Sequence record: HM035025
Origin: Shigella phage Shfl2
Length of the DNA: 64,000 nucleotides
Reading direction: 5' to 3' (one strand)
How positions within the stretch are numbered: position 1 is the stretch's first letter; every line of letters starts with the position of its first letter. The position numbers were made by a program, and so were the translations under genes. The notes under the pieces are model-generated. The model had not been told where the DNA came from. It did no database searches and worked only from the letters and a program-made list of their open reading frames with translations. Of the stretch, positions 18,187-26,521 are shown piece after piece.

Positions 18187-19155
18187 TTATTTCAGAAGAG
18201 TAACTTCAGCGATTTCTTCCCAACCGTTTTTGTCGGTCATAATAAAGTCAGCAAGATAAAGAGCAGTACGCAGTGAAACATTGCGTAAACGATTAACATT
18301 AACTTTCATCCATGATAATGCTTTATAAGTTTCTTCATCAGAAAGACCGCGCTTTTGCATCATGTCAGTTGAAAGAATAACATCTTCAACCCTGACCATA
18401 ATTTCTTCATTAGTGTGAACACCCAAATCTAAATAAACTGAGCGGGACACTAATGCTTGTAAGTGTGGAGCAAGTTTAGTACCACGGTCTAATTCGCGGT
18501 CAATGTCAACGTTTGTGATAAAAACAATCGTTCCTTTAAATTCAAACTCACGGTCAATGCCTTTTTCTTCTAAGTAAGAAGATGCAGTGCTCCAGCAGAC
18601 TTTACGGGTCTCTCCGGTGTCCAGAGCGGCTTTTAGAAGATTAAGAATGTCCATATCAGAGAAAACATCCACATCATCAATCAAAAGGACAGAATTCTCT
18701 TCACGATTATTCCAAAGCTGCTCATAAAGACCAATACCAGAGATTTTACCATTAATGCTTTTATATTCAATGTATCCAATATCATTTGCTTTATTTAAAG
18801 CTTTATCTAAAGAATACGTTTTACCAATACCTGCTGCGCCAGAGATAATCAATGAACGAATATTTCCGTTAATAATACCATTCGTCATCATTCCCATAAC
18901 ATTAAATCTTTTATTAATGCGGGTTTTCATATCTTCATACGATTCTTTAACTTCTTCAACTTTTACACCATCATATGAAATATCTGATTTGTAAACCCAA
19001 ACACCGCGACGTTTACCGTCAATTTCAACAAAAACTTTACCATCTCCTTGTGCATCTACCGGAGCATTATCTGGGAACCATTCGCCTAAGAGCTCAAAAG
19101 TTCCAGAGATTTCTTTACCGAAGTAGATACCCTTATTGATAGTTACAGTTTTCAT
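18187..19155 (-). CDS. P-loop ATPase (AAA-like), ~322 aa
   Basis: Walker A GAAGIGKT and Walker B VLLIDDVD; ORF track N-terminus is promoter read-through, ATG at 19155 with SD GGAG. Confidence 0.6.
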   Translation of the reverse strand: MKTVTINKGIYFGKEISGTFELLGEWFPDNAPVDAQGDGKVFVEIDGKRRGVWVYKSDISYDGVKVEEVKESYEDMKTRINKRFNVMGMMTNGIINGNIRSLIISGAAGIGKTYSLDKALNKANDIGYIEYKSINGKISGIGLYEQLWNNREENSVLLIDDVDVFSDMDILNLLKAALDTGETRKVCWSTASSYLEEKGIDREFEFKGTIVFITNVDIDRELDRGTKLAPHLQALVSRSVYLDLGVHTNEEIMVRVEDVILSTDMMQKRGLSDEETYKALSWMKVNVNRLRNVSLRTALYLADFIMTDKNGWEEIAEVTLLK

Positions 19156-19163
19156 TTTATTCT

Positions 19164-19235
19164 CCAAATCCGTATCAGTTGATAGTTGTATAGTACCATC
19201 CAAATCCGTATCAGTTGATAGTTGTATAGTACCAT
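19164..19235. repeat. Perfect tandem duplication of a 36-bp unit (2 x ccaaatccgtatcagttgatagttgtatagtaccat)
   Basis: Copies at 19164-19199 and 19200-19235 are identical; unit contains the promoter -10/initial transcribed motif. Confidence 0.9.
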
Positions 19236-19255
19236 AAAGCTTTATGCCTGTAAAC
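19226..19255 (-). promoter_or_regulatory. Early promoter cassette (-35 GTTTAC, -10 TACTAT) driving the ATPase gene
   Basis: Only the distal repeat copy has a -35 at correct spacing. Confidence 0.55.
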
Positions 19256-19278
19256 CGTTTTGTGAAAAATTTTTAAAA

Positions 19279-19302
19279 TAAAAAGGGAGCCCGAAGGCTC
19301 CC
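19279..19302 (-). terminator. Rho-independent terminator (GGGAGCC-UUCG-GGCUCCC + U-run)
   Basis: Perfect 7-bp stem with UUCG tetraloop right after the stop of the 19305..20318 gene. Confidence 0.7.
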
Positions 19303-19304
19303 TA

Positions 19305-20318
19305 TCATTTATAATAACTTCGGTGGTTTTCAAGATAAACCCTCTCAAGGAAGTCATCCCAGAAACCCATGTCTACTTTTTGCTGCATACCGTTCTTAGA
19401 AGCTTCAATAGATGCTGCTTCTACTTGATCGACCACATCTTCCAAAAACTCTTGAACAGTTTTAAATGGGTGTTTACCCAGCTTCACGTCGAGAATAAAT
19501 GGAGCGTCTTGAAGTGGATAGACTAAGTCACCAGTTTTGTAAATTTCCAATAGTTGGAGTCCACCACGACAAGCATGGCTCAGAGCTTTCCAGTCAATAC
19601 CTTCATTCGCTTCAGCCTTACGAGCACGTTCACCATATTCAGCATCTAATTTGTTCAGTGACTGCTTAAGCTCAATAAGAGAAAGCGTTGTCTGATATTT
19701 ACGACCCAATACAGTGTAGAACGTTTGTGGACCTGTTTTCTCATGATTATGGAACACCCATTCACAGAATTCGTTTTCTGGAAGACGATTCTTAATATCT
19801 TCAACTTTAGTGCGACGCTGCTTAATAGAACCATCTTCTTGGTAATCAACCCATTGCTCAGGGATTTGATTAACTACTTTCAATACATCGCGTAATGCAG
19901 CCAAACGAGAACCCTTGACACCGTATTTAGAAGCTTGCTTGCGGACATATCCTAAATAGGATTTCATGTTAGTCGTATAAAAACGAGAACGGTTGTCTTG
20001 AATAAACTTCCACACATCAGGCAAATCAGATTTAACCACTAGTTCAGGCGGAGTGTGAAGCATATCCAATGCTACAGTTTCACCATCTGCTGCTAATTTA
20101 AAGAAATACTTAAGACTGTATAGTTCATGGTCAATATCATCTTTAGTGTTTTTAGATGATGTGTTGTTAGTGTTTTTACTCATGTGCTCTTTAACATTTC
20201 CGATAAGAATATCGCGAGCAGGAGGAACAAAAATTTCTTTAAAATCTACATCAGATTCTGGGGTAGAAGTTCCATAAAGATGACTACCAAAATAGCTTTT
20301 CATTACTGTTTTCATCAT
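19305..20318 (-). CDS. Predicted nucleotidyltransferase (Pol-beta-like NTase fold), 337 aa
   Basis: N-terminal motif YFGSHLYGTSTPESDVDF fits hG[GS]x9-13Dh[DE]h; rest has no recognisable motif by eye. Confidence 0.5.
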   Translation of the reverse strand: MMKTVMKSYFGSHLYGTSTPESDVDFKEIFVPPARDILIGNVKEHMSKNTNNTSSKNTKDDIDHELYSLKYFFKLAADGETVALDMLHTPPELVVKSDLPDVWKFIQDNRSRFYTTNMKSYLGYVRKQASKYGVKGSRLAALRDVLKVVNQIPEQWVDYQEDGSIKQRRTKVEDIKNRLPENEFCEWVFHNHEKTGPQTFYTVLGRKYQTTLSLIELKQSLNKLDAEYGERARKAEANEGIDWKALSHACRGGLQLLEIYKTGDLVYPLQDAPFILDVKLGKHPFKTVQEFLEDVVDQVEAASIEASKNGMQQKVDMGFWDDFLERVYLENHRSYYK

Positions 20319-20776
20319 TCAGCCTTATATTCAATAACAGGACATACTTTAGCTTTACGAGCTTTTAAAAATTCGACGATAATAGATTTCTTGGGTTGAA
20401 TAGGAGGTAAACCTTTATACGCCCTATCAATATTTTCTACGTGTAAAGCATAATCCTTTTTCCATTTATAATCTTTATATTTTTCACGCAAATGTGCAGG
20501 AATAACAAATGAACCGATAATAAGTAAAACAACCAAAAGCGCAAGTATAAATGCCGATGGAAGAAGAGTCCATAAACTACCGAAAATAATCCAACGCTGT
20601 AGGCTTTCTGCACAAATAATTGTTAACCCTACGAGTATAGCACACCCAAAAATAGAAACGAAAAATGTAGGTATGGCAATAGACCAAAAATATGCGCATA
20701 GTGTCTTAGGTCGTTGCCATTCATCGTTAAACAATTTGAATAATTTATAGTGCCAAGAGTTTTCATTAATAATCAT
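20315..20776 (-). CDS. Integral membrane protein (153 aa, about 3 TM helices)
   Basis: ORF track; hydrophobic segments. Confidence 0.55.
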   Translation of the reverse strand: MIINENSWHYKLFKLFNDEWQRPKTLCAYFWSIAIPTFFVSIFGCAILVGLTIICAESLQRWIIFGSLWTLLPSAFILALLVVLLIIGSFVIPAHLREKYKDYKWKKDYALHVENIDRAYKGLPPIQPKKSIIVEFLKARKAKVCPVIEYKAE

Positions 20777-20778
20777 AA

Positions 20779-21300
20779 TTATCCTTTCATTGAAGGCGTA
20801 ACAGTTGTTAAATACTTAATCATAGCTTCAGCTTCTGATTTTGATAATGAAATTTCTCCATTGTTTTGACGAATAGAAATAAAATCCGGATGACGGTCAC
20901 CACCAGCTTTTAAAATACACATATAAGTATCAGTTTCATCTTCAATATCTGAAATGATTGAAGCAGTTCCGCATGAATGTGGTTTTTGATAAATCAATGC
21001 AGCTTTTCTTCCACCGTTTGACTGTTCATAAACTTTTAACACATCAAACAAATCACTTCTTTTATCAATAGCTAAAATGTTATTTTCATCTTCAATGTTA
21101 AATCCTTCGGATACTTCATAAAGTGTTACCCATAAATCACCAATGTCAATAACAGCATTTACGTTTCCACGGCTTTCAAGAGTATGACAAATTTTCTTGA
21201 TTTCATCATAACTCATTTTAATAATATCATCTCCTTGAATAAGGAAGATGTCATTTTTAAATTCAACGCGAATTAAACCGCTTCCACTTGAAATAAACAT
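20779..21300 (-). CDS. Hypothetical protein (173 aa), paralog of the next gene at its C-terminus
   Basis: C-terminal KSEAEAMIKYLTTVTPSM resembles KDEAIALKTYLDSVIPTM of the 21307..21864 product. Confidence 0.55.
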   Translation of the reverse strand: MFISSGSGLIRVEFKNDIFLIQGDDIIKMSYDEIKKICHTLESRGNVNAVIDIGDLWVTLYEVSEGFNIEDENNILAIDKRSDLFDVLKVYEQSNGGRKAALIYQKPHSCGTASIISDIEDETDTYMCILKAGGDRHPDFISIRQNNGEISLSKSEAEAMIKYLTTVTPSMKG

Positions 21301-21306
21301 ATTTCC

Positions 21307-21864
21307 TCACTTTGAAATCATAGTTGGAATAACAGAATCAAGATAAGTCTTTAGTGCAATAGCTTCGTCTTTGTTTAATGTAATGATATGTGATCGAAAA
21401 TCGTCAATTTGACGAATAGATACTACATCTCCCTCTTCATAGCATTTTGACACATTTAAAATAGTTTCATCATTCTGATTACAGGAGTTAGTAATAATAG
21501 CATTACATTTTTTAAACCATTTTAAATTATGTTTTCTTTTAGTAGAATCATAAAAATATTTAATGTTAGTTATAAAATTATCCCAATTATTAATTGATAA
21601 GCACATTGACTCGCTTTTAATATTAAATCCTGGGCATGAAGAATAAAAATGAATTTTATGCTCATCATTAATGTTTACAATTTTATCAGTGTAAGCATAT
21701 TCAATTTGGGTTAAACGAACAATTTCACTAGGCGTAAAATATAACATATCATCTTCTTGCGTCAAACGATACATGTTATTTACTTTTTCGATCGCTAATT
21801 CACCAAAAAGCACACTATCTTCTAATACTAATCGTTTCATATTGATTCTCTTCGACTCACTCAC
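21307..21864 (-). CDS. Hypothetical protein (185 aa, GTG start)
   Basis: ORF track; SD AAGGAG upstream of GTG. Confidence 0.55.
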   Translation of the reverse strand: MSESKRINMKRLVLEDSVLFGELAIEKVNNMYRLTQEDDMLYFTPSEIVRLTQIEYAYTDKIVNINDEHKIHFYSSCPGFNIKSESMCLSINNWDNFITNIKYFYDSTKRKHNLKWFKKCNAIITNSCNQNDETILNVSKCYEEGDVVSIRQIDDFRSHIITLNKDEAIALKTYLDSVIPTMISK

Positions 21865-21999
21865 AATTACATACTCCTTTGAATAATATCAATAATGTTG
21901 TTCACCAGATTATAAGTAAACATCGGGTGATAATATTGAATCATCACATACACAACAAACAAAATTTTCATTCTCTTCTCCTTGGCAGTTGACAAGATT

Positions 22000-22029
22000 A
22001 CTATACCATAACCTTGCCAACTTGTAAAC
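22000..22029 (-). promoter_or_regulatory. Sigma70-type early promoter (-35 GTTTAC, -10 TATAGT; TTGACA-like hexamer also present)
   Basis: Plus-strand actatacca ... gtaaac. Confidence 0.5.
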
Positions 22030-22202
22030 CATTAAATGACGTTTTCAATAAAATTCTGAAGCTTTGTGTGAGCATCAACCATGATTTTCATTTCTTCCTT
22101 TGCGAAAGCTGTACCTCTTTCTCGAGCAGAATACTCATAGTCAGAAACTGCATTAGCATATTCTTCAATTAGCTTCATTAAAAACATCTGCTTTTCAGTT
22201 TT
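22029..22202 (-). CDS. Small hypothetical protein (~57 aa, below ORF-track threshold)
   Basis: ATG overlapping the upstream stop; MKTEKQMFLMKLIEEYANAV...; coordinates approximate. Confidence 0.3.
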
Positions 22203-22389
22203 CATTATTCCACCTAATCATTTCAAGATATTGAACTAACTTAGCTTTGGATTTATCCAAATCCTTTTTAGCTGCTTCTATACCATCGTACGAATATCCT
22301 TCACAATGCTCAACTGCCAATTGGTATGAATCTATTTCAATATCACGTGCTAATTTAATGATCTTTTCAAACTGTTCACGTGTTAGCAT
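22195..22389 (-). CDS. Hypothetical protein (64 aa)
   Basis: ORF track. Confidence 0.45.
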   Translation of the reverse strand: MLTREQFEKIIKLARDIEIDSYQLAVEHCEGYSYDGIEAAKKDLDKSKAKLVQYLEMIRWNNEN

Positions 22390-22391
22390 AC

Positions 22392-22631
22392 TTAAACTCT
22401 CGTATTATGATCGATAATTTCATCAAGAAACATATCTAAAGCTTCTACAGCATTATCAACTTTAGCTTCAAGTTCTTCAGCGCCTTTATTTGCAATGCCT
22501 GCCGAAAACCAAGCAAAGTCACTAAGTTCCTCGTCTGCTTTGCGAATTAAAGCTACCAATTCTTTAATTTTATCTGCTTGTTCGATACTAATCATTATTC
22601 CACCACATATGAAAGAGAGAATATTGCACAC
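22392..22631 (-). CDS. Hypothetical protein (79 aa)
   Basis: ORF track. Confidence 0.45.
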
Positions 22632-22783
22632 GCCATGTGAGTTGCAACTTCATCACACATATTATAACGTTTCTTAAGAAGTTCTACAAGTTCTTCACTA
22701 GTAACTTCATCCATGTCGACGAAAAAATCACCATTAATGATGACGTAGATATTTCCTTCTTGATTGAGTGCTTCAATTTTCAT
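22595..22783 (-). CDS. Hypothetical protein (~62 aa from internal ATG)
   Basis: ORF track N-terminus (MSCGTIQLS...) is promoter read-through; Met at 22783. Confidence 0.4.
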
Positions 22784-22811
22784 GATGTTCTCCTCTTTAT
22801 CCGATAGTTGT

Positions 22812-22841
22812 ATAGTACCACAGCTCAAACGGAAAGTAAAC
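22812..22841 (-). promoter_or_regulatory. Early promoter cassette (-35 GTTTAC, -10 TACTAT)
   Basis: Member of repeated promoter family. Confidence 0.55.
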
Positions 22842-22851
22842 CGGTAAAATG

Positions 22852-22873
22852 AAAAAAGTCTCCCGAAGGAGAC
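22852..22873 (-). terminator. Rho-independent terminator (GUCUCC-UUCG-GGAGAC + U6)
   Basis: Perfect hairpin followed by T-run on the minus strand, 3' of the 22879..23265 gene. Confidence 0.7.
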
Positions 22874-22878
22874 TAATG

Positions 22879-23265
22879 TTATTCGAGGGAAAGAAGATAT
22901 TTACTCTGGTAAAACATTCCAGTAATATCATCTATCGTGCTTTGAATGGCTGGAGGCATTTCTTTATAAATGCTGTTAGATTGGTCTAGTATACGATCAA
23001 TCATTTTAATTGTGTCGGTAGGAAGTTTACTAGCATCTGGAATTGAAGGTGTGTATTTTCTACCAGAATACCCCAAATATTGCTCACCAAATTTATCAAT
23101 CAAATCTGGCAACTCAGAGAAAATAAAATCGTATGCTTTGTGTCTAGCATAACTTTTAGTTTCAAAATGTGCAGAATGAAAATAAGCTTGTGCAGCCATT
23201 AATAAACCTAAGTATTCATCTGCCTTTGAAGGTTTTCCACTTTGTGAAAAGTCGCTGAATTTCAT
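22879..23265 (-). CDS. Hypothetical protein (128 aa)
   Basis: ORF track; immediately downstream of rI. Confidence 0.5.
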
Positions 23266-23555
23266 TCAGTCTCCAATTTAATGTTCATAATTCTAGCGTA
23301 TGATTGTGCCATCTCCGCGCCTCGCTCTATACATTCAAAATCAGAAGAGCACGGGTCATTTTTATAGGTCGTTCTCATAAAACTATAGAATTGTTCAGAC
23401 GATTCTACGCTTTTATTTTCAAAAAGTGTATAAACGTGCCTAATACCAGATTCCATAAATTTATCAAAATGAGGATCGACATTCGCTTCAATCGGTGGAG
23501 ATAAAGCAAATGCTAATCCTAGCATGGCAAATAGTGCCGTTGCTTTTAAGGCCAT
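23262..23555 (-). CDS. rI: Lysis-inhibition regulator rI (membrane-anchored periplasmic protein)
   Basis: 97 aa; N-terminal signal-anchor; near-identical to T4 RI as recalled. Confidence 0.8.
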   Translation of the reverse strand: MALKATALFAMLGLAFALSPPIEANVDPHFDKFMESGIRHVYTLFENKSVESSEQFYSFMRTTYKNDPCSSDFECIERGAEMAQSYARIMNIKLETE

Positions 23556-23567
23556 AAAGGCCTCCTA

Positions 23568-23780
23568 TCATTTTTGTCCTGTATTTACTTTATGCCGATG
23601 CACGGCCTTAACTTTATCAAGGTATTTTTCAAAATTTCGCAATCTAGTATAGTCTGCCGGAGATTGGTTGAGTGATACTTCTCGACGCAAAGCTGAAATG
23701 ATATTTCCAACTTCCCTACGAATTTCATCTAATTGAAGCACAGTAAGATTGCGAAGTTGCTTTTCAGTTAATTGTAGCAT
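23568..23780 (-). CDS. Hypothetical protein (70 aa)
   Basis: ORF track; between rI and tk. Confidence 0.5.
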
Positions 23781-23822
23781 ATATACCCCTTTAGTTAGAT
23801 AAATCTATTTATAACTTTTGCA

Positions 23823-24404
23823 CTAACCGAGCTTTTTAGTTAATTCATTCCAATGTTTTCTACACAAAGAAACATAAATTTCATCACCAATACAGATTTG
23901 ATTACCTTCTTTAACTGGTGTTCCATCTTCCATTAATCGAGCTGTCATAATCGCTTTTTTACCGCAATGACAAACTGCCTTCAGTTCAATAAGTTTATCT
24001 GCAATCGCCAAAAGTTCTTTAGAACCTTCAAACAATTTTCCAGCGAAATCAGTCCTTAATCCATAAGCCATAACAGGAACATTATATGTATCAACAATTC
24101 GACTCAATTGATGCACCTGTTCAGTTTTTAAAAATTGGGCTTCATCTACAAATACGCAATGAATATCTTTTTGTGCTTCAGCCCATTTATAGAACTCGAA
24201 AATATCCATATCATCTGTAATAATATTCGCTTCCTGTTTAATTCCAATGCGAGAAACGACTTCACAGACAGAATCGCGAGTATCAATAGCAGGCTTAAGA
24301 ACTAATACACTCATTCCACGTTCTTTATAATTATGCGCAGCAGTTAAAAGAGAAGCAGATTTTCCAGCATTCATTGCTGCATAAGTAAAAATTAAACTCG
24401 CCAT
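23823..24404 (-). CDS. tk: Thymidine kinase
   Basis: 193 aa; P-loop AAMNAGKS; C-terminal zinc-binding cysteines; matches T4 Tk. Confidence 0.92.
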   Translation of the reverse strand: MASLIFTYAAMNAGKSASLLTAAHNYKERGMSVLVLKPAIDTRDSVCEVVSRIGIKQEANIITDDMDIFEFYKWAEAQKDIHCVFVDEAQFLKTEQVHQLSRIVDTYNVPVMAYGLRTDFAGKLFEGSKELLAIADKLIELKAVCHCGKKAIMTARLMEDGTPVKEGNQICIGDEIYVSLCRKHWNELTKKLG

Positions 24405-24413
24405 ATCACCTTC

Positions 24414-24599
24414 TTAAAGCGTATTCACATAAGCTATTAATTCGTTTTCTTTCTTATCAAACCGATCAGCAAATTCTTCTTGCTGTTCGGGAGATAGCGG
24501 GCCGTATTCATCATAAAAGGTGTTTGCTTCTGTATGCTCATCTAGAAGTTCATGGATAAGCTCAAACAATTTATCTTTTTGTTCTTTACTCAGACTCAT
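24414..24599 (-). CDS. Hypothetical acidic protein (61 aa)
   Basis: ORF track. Confidence 0.45.
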   Translation of the reverse strand: MSLSKEQKDKLFELIHELLDEHTEANTFYDEYGPLSPEQQEEFADRFDKKENELIAYVNTL

Positions 24600-24769
24600 A
24601 TATTAATTTCCAGGAGTTTTAAAATAATTCGCTTTTGCTTAAATATTTCCATAGTTAAATGACCAGTATCTTTTTGACCGATTCCAATGGCAAAACCTTT
24701 ATTAACAGCGAGTTCAATTAAATTATCAAGCTCACGTAACACTTCGTATTGTAACTCAAAACTATTCAT
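24596..24769 (-). CDS. Small hypothetical protein (~57 aa, below ORF-track threshold)
   Basis: ATGA overlaps at both ends with neighbouring genes; MNSFELQYEVLRELDNLIEL... Confidence 0.35.
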   Translation of the reverse strand: MNSFELQYEVLRELDNLIELAVNKGFAIGIGQKDTGHLTMEIFKQKRIILKLLEINI

Positions 24770-24993
24770 TTTGGTTTACCTTCTTTAACGAAATCAGGAT
24801 AAGGATAAAATCCTGAATAAAATCCTTCACCTTTATGATTGATGCATCCTTTATTAGAACAATAGCACCAATAATCGAAATCACAAGCCATTTCATCGTT
24901 GCATAAAGCAAAAACAACCGGCCACTTACACTTTTCACAATGAGCATTTTTAAGAATACTAGTTTGGCTCATAACCATGTAACCTTTAAACAA
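24766..24993 (-). CDS. Cysteine-rich small protein (75 aa)
   Basis: Several CxxC/CxC motifs suggesting metal binding. Confidence 0.5.
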   Translation of the reverse strand: MFKGYMVMSQTSILKNAHCEKCKWPVVFALCNDEMACDFDYWCYCSNKGCINHKGEGFYSGFYPYPDFVKEGKPK

Positions 24994-25181
24994 TATTCTT
25001 CTACGTGCTGTTTACGACCTTTCTTATCAATAAAGGTATATTCAACGAATGTTCCAATATAGTCTTTATCTACATCATGAGGACTATTAATTGGGCATTT
25101 AGTACGGCAAATGCGTTCCCATTGACGAATAATTTCTGCTTTGTTTTTAGGATCAAACGGATGTGGGTAATGTACTTTCAT
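24969..25181 (-). CDS. Hypothetical protein (70 aa)
   Basis: ORF track. Confidence 0.45.
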   Translation of the reverse strand: MKVHYPHPFDPKNKAEIIRQWERICRTKCPINSPHDVDKDYIGTFVEYTFIDKKGRKQHVEEYCLKVTWL

Positions 25182-25632
25182 AATCCACCACTATTAAATC
25201 AATATCAGGAGTAAACATGTCGATTAATTTAGAAACCTTATCCCAATCACCGCCAGCAATACCACAACCTATGCGTGGAATGTAAATTACTGGTTTAAAC
25301 AAAAGGGTCTCTGCCTGTAGATTTAATTCTATCATGCAGTTTACTAAAGCACCATAATCAAGATTAGGACCCGGTTCGTATTGCGTATACAGGTTATAGC
25401 ACATACTAAATCCTGTAGGATTATGTTTAAAAACAATAGACATATCGCCTAATTTATCACGAGAACCATATTCAGTAGTGGTTTTATCTATTTCTAAAAT
25501 TTTAGGATAGGCCCTTGCTAATTGACCCGCTACACCTGAACCCATAGTATGAAAACAATTGCACCCGTGCGCAATAATATTACCTTGAAGAAATAGGGCG
25601 ACAATATCGCCCTTGATATATTTTACAATCAT
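25153..25632 (-). CDS. Macrodomain protein (predicted ADP-ribose binding / hydrolase), 159 aa
   Basis: N-terminal GDIVALFLQGNIIAHGCNCFHTMGSGVAGQLA and C-terminal IYIPRIGCGIAGGDW resemble macro-domain signature blocks. Confidence 0.55.
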   Translation of the reverse strand: MIVKYIKGDIVALFLQGNIIAHGCNCFHTMGSGVAGQLARAYPKILEIDKTTTEYGSRDKLGDMSIVFKHNPTGFSMCYNLYTQYEPGPNLDYGALVNCMIELNLQAETLLFKPVIYIPRIGCGIAGGDWDKVSKLIDMFTPDIDLIVVDYESTLPTSV

Positions 25633-25976
25633 CTAGTACTCAATCCTCGATTATAAGAATCTACTAAACGGTCAACCATTGAATGACAAGCGGCTTTATC
25701 TTTCTCCTCCGCAACTGAACATTCTAAGGTATTCCACTTTTTAGCATATCGTTTTAACAATGTATCATTTTTATATCTACTTGATTTATCTCTTTCTCCG
25801 TCTTTATATGCATATATTAATTTCTGCGCAAATTCAGCTTGGCATGCTTTATTTTTCCCACAATAATCTGCCGCAGTGCGGTTTACATATTCTCTAATTT
25901 CAGTATATGATGTATCTGCTGACGCATAAGCAGAAAATGAAATTAATCCTATACATAAAACCAAAATTTTAGTCAT
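25629..25976 (-). CDS. Small secreted protein with N-terminal signal peptide (115 aa); occupies the position of T4 vs
   Basis: Signal peptide MTKILVLCIGLISFSAYASA; four Cys; identity with T4 vs not verifiable here. Confidence 0.5.
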   Translation of the reverse strand: MTKILVLCIGLISFSAYASADTSYTEIREYVNRTAADYCGKNKACQAEFAQKLIYAYKDGERDKSSRYKNDTLLKRYAKKWNTLECSVAEEKDKAACHSMVDRLVDSYNRGLSTR

Positions 25977-26514
25977 TTACTATTTCCAAAAGTTTATTAT
26001 TTTTAAGGTAGTTAGCCTTTTCTAGGACTTCAGAAGCATATTTAGAACCTGCTTTAACATTCCATCCCGAATTATAAGAGGATATTGCTTTTCTTATATC
26101 GCCCTTATGTATATTTAACCAATAAGAAAGTTCAATGTACGCCCAGGAAGCTGAATTGGATCGTTTATTCAACATTCTTTTTATTTCAGCATCGGTCATA
26201 TTATAACCAAGTTCCTTAACTCTTGCTCGCATAGTAGGCAAATAATTTTGGAACATTCCATAAGCGTGATGCTTTGGTTTAGATTTTAAATTAACTCCGC
26301 CAGAGCTTTCTTGCCATAAAATAGCAGCCATTATATGACCTAATCCGCTCTTGTGGATATTTTTATGTGTTTTATATTTTCCATCCTTAGAAAATTGTTC
26401 CCCGAATTGATACGCGTAACGCATGTTATCGAGTTGGACATTACTGAAAGTATGCTCGGAGCTATGTGCCATCATTGAAATGGCCAATAGACCAGCGAGT
26501 AGTGCTTTTCTCAT
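25969..26514 (-). CDS. Secreted lytic transglycosylase-like protein (SLT domain), 181 aa
   Basis: Signal peptide; SLT-like motifs QESSG, GMFQ, SYNSGWN. Confidence 0.55.
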   Translation of the reverse strand: MRKALLAGLLAISMMAHSSEHTFSNVQLDNMRYAYQFGEQFSKDGKYKTHKNIHKSGLGHIMAAILWQESSGGVNLKSKPKHHAYGMFQNYLPTMRARVKELGYNMTDAEIKRMLNKRSNSASWAYIELSYWLNIHKGDIRKAISSYNSGWNVKAGSKYASEVLEKANYLKNNKLLEIVND

Positions 26515-26521
26515 GCTTACC

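Noticed and set aside
17722-19203. N-terminal extensions of ORFs 17195-17782, 18187-19203 and 22595-22828 (peptides containing GTIQLST)
   Set aside because: These residues are the translation of the conserved promoter motif TGGTACTATACAACTATCAAC upstream of the real SD+ATG; true starts are downstream.
19164-19235. Possibility that the direct repeats are a CRISPR array
   Set aside because: Only two copies, no spacers, and the unit is a promoter fragment; no cas genes and the context is a lytic phage.
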